Positions 56,708 to 64,000 of a stretch of 64,000 nt of DNA are shown in pieces. The DNA comes from Eledone cirrhosa (taxonomy: Eukaryota), in NCBI GenBank assembly GCA_964016885.1, contig OZ024747.1:80662001-80726000 (forward strand), written 5' to 3'. A program made the translations under genes and the position numbers. The notes under the pieces were generated by a model. It saw only the letters and a program-made list of their open reading frames with translations. It had not been told where the DNA came from and made no database searches. Within the stretch, counting starts at the first letter, position 1, and every line of letters starts with the position of its first letter.

Positions 56708-57234
56708 ATATACTCAACACAATTTCAGTATAGTATCGGTTTCAGGATATGAAGAGATGCTTGAGCGGATTGTTTGTCTCGGTCACCACTCATTGGAAGT
56801 GAGAAGTCAGAGGACAATCTCTGGGGAAACCTGAATTAAATAATTGAAAATTAGTAATAAGTATATTCTATAAATATATTCATTCGAAAATAAATATTTT
56901 AAAATAGAACTATCAATCAGAGAAAATATTCATGACCACGACTAATGTACATTTTTGAAAACTATACTATCATTTAATTATTTCTTTTACCTATTCAATC
57001 ATCCCAGCAGATTTTATGGTACACGGAAAAAACAACCTGGGTTATTCAAACTCATTGGAAAAGATTGATATCCTAGATACGATGTACAACTGTACTGAAC
57101 ATATTAACACAGTTACCGTTGAGACGTGCATCCCACACTGTTAGATATTTAGATATTTAGATATGTATAAATACATTATCCTTGTGTACACACACACACG
57201 CTCACTCAATCTCTCTTTCTCTCTCTCTCTCTTA

Positions 57235-57292
<58 letters not shown>

Positions 57293-57345
57293 CATGCATA
57301 TGCAAGGATACATATGTACATATGTAAATATCTATATATTTATAT

Positions 57346-57377
<32 letters not shown>

Positions 57378-57382
57378 TATAT

Positions 57383-57548
57383 AGTTTTAATATAGAAGAG
57401 CTTCTACAGGACTAGAACTGTTTCATTCGTGAGCAATCATCAGCGAGCTGGCTGTAGAAGCTCTTCTATATTAAAACTTTTATACTCTGCTAAGTATTGA
57501 GTACCTTACTTACTGTGGTTACCTCCGATTCAACTCGGAATAACTTAT
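57383..57548. repeat. Fold-back unit in (TA)n enclosing a hammerhead core on the minus strand
   Basis: 27-bp perfect arms 57383-57409 / 57452-57478. The spacer on - reads CTGATGA-TT..AAT-GAAAC..GTC. A diverged linear homolog lies at 58510-58645 (+). Confidence 0.85.
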
Positions 57549-57557
57549 ATCTATATA

Positions 57558-57617
<60 letters not shown>

Positions 57618-57962
57618 CATGCACATGCAAGGATGCATTTGTACATATGCAGGCGTATAATATATTGGTTGTGCGTGTTTAAAAAAGATTCATCGTTGTC
57701 TGAATTATTACTGACGTAAGAGAAGAAAATGATAAGAACGACTGTGAGCCAACATATGGATATCAATCTGTGAAAATTGTCACCATTGATTCTGTTTCAA
57801 GTCAATGCACTAAGCGTAGAGGAAACAAGTGCGATGTGATTGCTAGGTGGCTAGGTCCACATGTGTGAGTATAAATCTACATGCATACATGTGTGAATAA
57901 TTGTGTGTATACATATACATGTATATAGACTATATACACATATGTACACACACACACAAACG

Positions 57963-58043
<81 letters not shown>

Positions 58044-58763
58044 TGAGAGAGAGAGAGAGAGCGAGGGAGAGACGTGTTTATATGAATATCTAAGCATGCT
58101 GGGAAATCGGCATTTACTCGTATATATGCGCGTGTGTGTGTATGCATGTTTGTAGTTACAAGATGATGGAATATGTTTATGTAAATATACGTCTCCTATT
58201 GTCAATTTAAATAGTATGTTCATTCGTTCTACATCACATCCTCCATTTACATTCAGTTATATATTACGCATCATCTCCCTCCCTTTCTGTCTCGTATTTT
58301 CTCTCCTTTATACGATTCTCTCTGCCATCCTCTGTCAGGCTTGCTCTTTCTCTCTTTTTCTACACAACAGGAAAAGAGTTAGTTCGAAGATAAAATGGCT
58401 AACTTTACTTTTTCGATGTGGAATATATAGAAATATAAATAAGTGAATTTGCCTGATTTGTAAAACAAAACAATACTTACCATTACTTATCCGGTGAAGT
58501 ACTGAATATATATGATGATTTGTCCCGAATGAAACAACTCTAGTCCTGTAGCAGCCATTTCTATATTAAATATTCATACTATGCTATGTATTGAGTACCT
58601 TAGTTACTGTAGTGACTCCCGATTGAACCCGTGATAAACTTATATATATATATAAATAAATTAACGGAGTCAGAGACTCGCGTTTTCCCTATATATTGAT
58701 AAACACACACACTCTCTCTCGTGTGTTATCTTTTCTACATATTTTATATATATATATATATAC

Positions 58764-58896
<133 letters not shown>

Positions 58897-59186
58897 ATCA
58901 TTAAGTATATGTTATATGTTTAGATTATACATACACCACTTCAACGGAAAAGTAATGGTGAGAATTGGTTTGCTCTACAAATCAGGCAGTTTATTTAAAT
59001 TCAGTTATTTATATTTCCGTCTAACCACTCTACAATGTATTGTGTACACTCTGAATTGTGGATTCGTATTTACAACAAGCGTTTTCTGTAAATACATGGA
59101 GTGAATGAATAGCGGCTGGGCTATGCGTAATCCAAACATATAACATATACTTAATGATTACACACACACACGCGCGCACACACACA

Positions 59187-59288
<102 letters not shown>

Positions 59289-59831
59289 CATACATATTTG
59301 TCGTATGTGTGTACATACGTAGATGACTTGCGGGAAATAGAAACAAGCGGCTAAAGCTTTATTCAGAGTTCTTTTGTGTTCGCTGTAATTTGATCAAACA
59401 TCATTGACTATATTACATCAGTTTTCCTTGATGCTGGAATATTTTTTGTTCAGTTGTTCATTTATTTACACTTTCCCTTTTTTTTATCATCTAAATTTAT
59501 TTTATTCATTTATTTTCTCCCTCTTTCTCTCTCCCTCACTCTCTATTGATCTCTCACAAGGTTTCAATATTTTATTTTATTTTAAATATTTAGTTTGAGA
59601 TTACCATATTAAAATCTGACAAGCTGTCATCTGACGAAGCAGACATGTATTTTTGAAACATGTTTTAAAGTAGCGATTGTCTATAACAAGCTCGAAGGAC
59701 TGTTTAGCATGTAATTCGCAAATATGTAAAGTACAATTGACTATCATTATATCATATAAAACATGGTAATTGTTTTGCTTACTGAGCAATCCGATTTGTT
59801 ATTCATACTGGTGTTAAATATTCAAATTCAA

Positions 59832-59918
<87 letters not shown>

Positions 59919-60176
59919 CTTAAGCTGAACGGATATCATGTGCTTGTTTCTTCCTATCTTTCCGTTGCTATACCTTATATGTTTGTTTACTTGTATCGCT
60001 CGCTTTACGCGATATTACTTGTTCCAATAGCTTTATTTAGCTATTGCTCGCACCAACTGGAGGTATATGATTTTTAAAGCGAGGAAATACCAATGAAGGT
60101 TGGAAAATCACTGATGAAGGACTATTTTTTTCATATGTAACCCATGTGCAACCACGCATCACTCAATTCTTCTCAT

Positions 60177-60249
<73 letters not shown>

Positions 60250-60441
60250 GTATAGGATTATCCAAGATGCAGTGATGGTTAATTACTACACTGGATATGG
60301 TTGACGTACGGTAAGAGGTTACTCTACGAGTTATGGAAGAATTGTTCAAGAAACTTAGTTCTTGATCCTTCAGTATTCCGGAGTGTATATAAAGAATGAA
60401 TAATAACAGGTAGACATCATAAAAAGGTAGTTTATTCCGTG

Positions 60442-60553
60442 TGCTTACAAGTGTTTCCACGGTGGTACTGCAGCCTAGTTCCGCTACGTGCAAATTCACA
60501 AGTATTTGCAGAACTCGAATATCCAATGCTGTGACCACTGTTTCCTCAGAGCA
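60442..60553 (-). ncRNA. Hammerhead ribozyme fold in the 3' pLTR (long stem II)
   Basis: Minus strand: TGCT-CTGAGGA-[~85-nt structured stem II]-GAAAC-ACTT-GTA-AGCA. Confidence 0.65.
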
Positions 60554-61046
60554 GAATGGTAAATATACAATGTAAAAACCCTTAAGTGGGGTTGTTGGGG
60601 AAGATAGAGTGGAACAGGAAGAGAGAAAAGTAGGGAAGATGGAGAGAGAAGGAAAGATATGCAGGGGTTGGAGAAGTAGGAGAGAGTGGCTTGTAGATAT
60701 CTTAATCAAAATGTTATGGTAGGGGTTTTATTAGTTACTTTTGGAGAGATGCGTAGATAGTTGAGGTCGGAATTATTTATTGCCCCAGAGGTCAAGTTCA
60801 TAGATGTTGAGAGGGAGGTAGGTCAAAGGTGAGAGAGAGAGAGTGTAATGGATGTAGAGAGAGATATATAGGTAGAGAGGGGACAGATAAAGTATATGTG
60901 GTGAGTGAACTTTTGGTTTTGTAGTAGTAATCTAGGAATTGTACTGAGTTACCATGTATAGTGATAAGCAGTGTATTGTCTTGTAGTGTGGGGGAGAAGA
61001 GAAGGTTGTTAGCTAGAAAGTGGTGTTGTAGTTACGGGTTCGAATG

Positions 61047-63374
61047 TTAAGTTATTTTATAGTGAGAGAATTTAGCTTTTAGTTTGTGGTTGCAGTATAA
61101 TGATCGTTCAATTCTATCGTTAAGTAGTTTGTTTTTGGATTTTAGTATGTAAAATAGCTCAAGGTTACATAACCTGCAGTACTTCAAACCACTCCGATAT
61201 GCATTTGCGCTGGAAAGTATATCCCATTTTAAGGTGAACTGTTGGTTGTGTTCACGGAGTTGCCAGGTCTTGTTGGCGAGCGTGGTCACAAAACGGTGAT
61301 TCTGATGTTTGATTGAGAATCGATGACGGTACCAGCGAGATTTAAACGATGTGGTGGTAGATCCGATATAATACCATTTCTGGTCGTCCGATTCAACCGT
61401 GCATTGGTAAACAATGTTGGACTTTAGGCATTCATTCTGCAATGGACATCTTTCAGGTAGATGGCAGTTACATGCTTTGTTGTGGGTAGCGGGTATACCA
61501 TGGATAGGTTGTGATAGCGGTACAGGTGGGTTGTGCAATATCCGTCTCCCATTTAGTGGTTGGGAGGCAGATATTGCGTTCTGCCCACCTGTTACTAAAA
61601 TGTTTTGTTTTGTAGAGTTGTTTAATTGCCTTAAGTTAAGTTTTTTTATGTATGCTTCAAGGTTTGGTGCCGTGGAGTATGATAGTCTAATAGTTTTGGA
61701 GTTCAGAATTTTGCTGTACTTATGGGAACTAGGGAAGTGTTTATTGATTAATTTAAAGAATGAAAGAGATAGTTTTGTACTAATCGAGGCATTAAAAATA
61801 GGATTATACCAGATATACTTTCTACAACGTGATTTATTTGGTGGTGAACTTCTATTATTAGTATGTCTGGTAGTATAGTGTGTGTGTGCTTGTGTTTTAG
61901 TCCCCCGGTTACGTATACCTTGATTACGTGTAGAGCTATGTGTGTTGTGGAAATTACTATCGATGTATTCTATTGTATCCCGGTGGTCAGCATTCCTTAA
62001 TGCATTATTGTAGTATTCAGCATGTTCGCTAAAAATATCAGAGTTAGACGATAGGCGAGAGATTCTAAGAGAAATACTCCGGGGAACTGATTTGATCATG
62101 GAGAGTGGGTGGTTAGAGTTAAAGTTAATATACGTAAGGTTCTCATTTACCCTGTGGAAGGGTCGTATCTGTCCGGTATTTAAATTAAGAGTTACGTCCA
62201 GAAAGTTTACTACCTTAAGATTGTATTCGTATGTTATTTTTAGGCCCAGTTCACTAAAAGATTTTCTAATATTTTTCCGTAGCCTTTCAAGATTTTGGTT
62301 ATTCAAGTTATTAACTAATAAGAGCCCGTCATCTCTATATATCCCCCCCTGTAGATTACTAAATCTACTATGTAATATGTGGGCTATGTAAATTCCCACG
62401 AGATCCGTGACCTCCGCCGAGTCGTTGGAACCCATGGTAATATCGAAATTTGTGGGTCTGTCCTTACGTTCCCAGTAGCAGTTATCGAACTTAATAATGG
62501 TTTTTCTAGCCTCGAGAATAATATTAATTTCTTCCTCCGTTAGGTCGGAATTGGCCTTAGCAAACGATAGGGCCTTACGTAAAGTGCTTGGTGAGATGGA
62601 AGAGTAGTATTCGTCTATGTCAAATTGTATAAACTTAGATTTATTCTTATTCTTAACATTATTAAACCAGCGAATTGCTTCGCTAGTGTTGCCCCATAAT
62701 TTAATTTCAATTTTCTTTTTCACTTGAGTTATTACTCTGTCAAGTATATGTTTACTAATTTTCCCTATGTCTGATTTAGAAGGGCATATAAGTCTAATCT
62801 TAGGGTTAGAGTCAAAATTTACCTTATGGTCCTTCAGGTTGAAGGTGGGGGTAGCGGGTATAATCGGCTCGGTTCTATCGTCTATCTTGAGATTCTTTAC
62901 CACTTTGTATGCCTCGTTGTTAATATTTGCTAGCGTAGTTTCATTTGTTTTTCTATATTTTTTGTGTAGTTCGTTGCGTATGAAGTTATTATACGTATCG
63001 ATATCCATGGTATACACGTTAGAAGTCTTGTCAGCTTTCACAACAATTCCATTGGTATTTTGCAATCTTCGGAGTAGTGCTTTCATGTTGTTCTGCAGCT
63101 CATTATTTCTATGTCTGTTGAACTTAATGTTCATGGTAGTTTTCAATAAGTCCTGTTCGAAAGCTTCGAGGTGAGGGTTTGTAGGTGGGTTTTTACATGA
63201 TTTAAAACCATATGATTCAGACGAGTGATTGGCGCGTCCTTTATCGAAGTGGAAAGCTTTCCATCGTACACGCCGAATGAAGTCGTTACTGCGTTGAATC
63301 ATACTGAGAATATATTCCCTTTTGTTAGGTATAGGTATGTTTTTAAGTGACATACCTATATGATGCCTTTCCAT
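61047..63374 (-). CDS. Penelope-like reverse transcriptase with C-terminal GIY-YIG endonuclease
   Basis: 775 aa with VKADKT, FIQFDIDEYYSSI, ITMGS, IYRDDGL, NFLDVTL, SNHP, IWYNP, CNC..CPLQNEC, IVYQC..YYIGST, RWYRH, CRLC..E. The YRDDGL, IWxNP and CxC..CPL motifs point to the Naiad clade (from recall). Confidence 0.93.
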   Translation of the reverse strand: MERHHIGMSLKNIPIPNKREYILSMIQRSNDFIRRVRWKAFHFDKGRANHSSESYGFKSCKNPPTNPHLEAFEQDLLKTTMNIKFNRHRNNELQNNMKALLRRLQNTNGIVVKADKTSNVYTMDIDTYNNFIRNELHKKYRKTNETTLANINNEAYKVVKNLKIDDRTEPIIPATPTFNLKDHKVNFDSNPKIRLICPSKSDIGKISKHILDRVITQVKKKIEIKLWGNTSEAIRWFNNVKNKNKSKFIQFDIDEYYSSISPSTLRKALSFAKANSDLTEEEINIILEARKTIIKFDNCYWERKDRPTNFDITMGSNDSAEVTDLVGIYIAHILHSRFSNLQGGIYRDDGLLLVNNLNNQNLERLRKNIRKSFSELGLKITYEYNLKVVNFLDVTLNLNTGQIRPFHRVNENLTYINFNSNHPLSMIKSVPRSISLRISRLSSNSDIFSEHAEYYNNALRNADHRDTIEYIDSNFHNTHSSTRNQGIRNRGTKTQAHTHYTTRHTNNRSSPPNKSRCRKYIWYNPIFNASISTKLSLSFFKLINKHFPSSHKYSKILNSKTIRLSYSTAPNLEAYIKKLNLRQLNNSTKQNILVTGGQNAISASQPLNGRRILHNPPVPLSQPIHGIPATHNKACNCHLPERCPLQNECLKSNIVYQCTVESDDQKWYYIGSTTTSFKSRWYRHRFSIKHQNHRFVTTLANKTWQLREHNQQFTLKWDILSSANAYRSGLKYCRLCNLELFYILKSKNKLLNDRIERSLYCNHKLKAKFSHYKIT

Positions 63375-63619
63375 ATTAATGCCGTGTGTCGATGTGGTTG
63401 CTCAACTATGTAGGAGACGATTATTAGGTATAGGATTATCCAAGATGCAGTGATGGTTAATTACTACACTGGATATGGTTGACGTACGGTAAGAGGTTAC
63501 TCTACGAGTTATGGAAGAATTGTTCAAGAAACTTAGTTCTTGATCCTTCAGTATTCCGGAGTGTATATAAAGAATGAATAATAACAGGTAGACATCATAA
63601 AAAGGTAGTTTATTCCGTG

Positions 63620-63731
63620 TGCTTACAAGTGTTTCCACGGTGGTACTGCAGCCTAGTTCCGCTACGTGCAAATTCACAAGTATTTGCAGAACTCGAATAT
63701 CCAATGCTGTGACCACTGTTTCCTCAGAGCA
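63620..63731 (-). ncRNA. Hammerhead ribozyme fold in the 5' pLTR
   Basis: Same sequence as 60442-60553. Confidence 0.65.
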
Positions 63732-63759
63732 GAATGGTAAATATACAATGTAAAAACCC

Positions 63760-64000
63760 TTAGTAAACATATACTTGACAGAGTAATAACTCAAGTGAAA
63801 AAGAAAATTGAAATTAAATTATGGGGCAACACTAGCGAAGCAATTCGCTGGTTTAATAATGTTAAGAATAAGAATAAATCTAAGTTTATACAATTTGACA
63901 TAGACGAATACTACTCTTCCATCTCACCAAGCACTTTACGTAAGGCCCTATCGTTTGCTAAGGCCAATTCCGACCTAACGGAGGAAGAAATTAATATTAT
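63760..64000 (+). mobile_element. Inverted partial copy of the Penelope-like ORF, continuing off the window
   Basis: Reverse complement of ~62518-62758, joined directly to the 5' pLTR. Confidence 0.95.

Larger units (their letters stand above)
60244..63762 (-). mobile_element. Intact Penelope-like retroelement (Naiad-like) with direct pseudo-LTRs
   Basis: Single RT plus GIY-YIG ORF. Apparently identical ~341-bp direct repeats at 60244-60584 and 63422-63762. The 3' end abuts (TA)n. Confidence 0.93.

Noticed and set aside
60179-60709. 176-aa ORF over the 3' pLTR
   Set aside because: Non-ATG start, runs into (TA)n, no recognisable domain; discussed only as a frame feature of the pLTR.
61047-63374. 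Selenocysteine codons inside the Naiad-like ORF
   Set aside because: No in-frame TGA within the 775-aa ORF, and I could not identify a SECIS by eye.

Overview
AT-rich, microsatellite-saturated eukaryotic DNA. The SINE families and repeat landscape resemble a coleoid cephalopod such as Octopus; this is inference. There is no intact host gene. Most ORF-track entries are translations of (TA)n, (CA)n, (GA)n, (GGT)n or (GTT)n repeats. The real coding content is retroelement-derived: (1) a near full-length Tx1/L1-type LINE (about 12273-17975, +) between (ATCT)n tracts; (2) an intact Penelope-like element with RT and GIY-YIG domains (Naiad-like, 60244-63762, -), with two ~340-bp pseudo-LTRs that each carry a hammerhead ribozyme fold, plus an inverted partial copy; (3) three R4/Dong-type fragments, plus RTE and CRE fragments. 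There are about 20 tRNA-derived SINE copies, a hAT non-autonomous element with 8-bp TSD, a TTAA MITE and Helentron-like pieces. The most unusual signal is a recurring set of short hammerhead-bearing or half-hammerhead units in or next to (TA)n tracts, many arranged as fold-back palindromes. There are also low-confidence relics of receptor genes (iGluR/ANF-receptor-like and guanylyl-cyclase kinase-homology-like exons).
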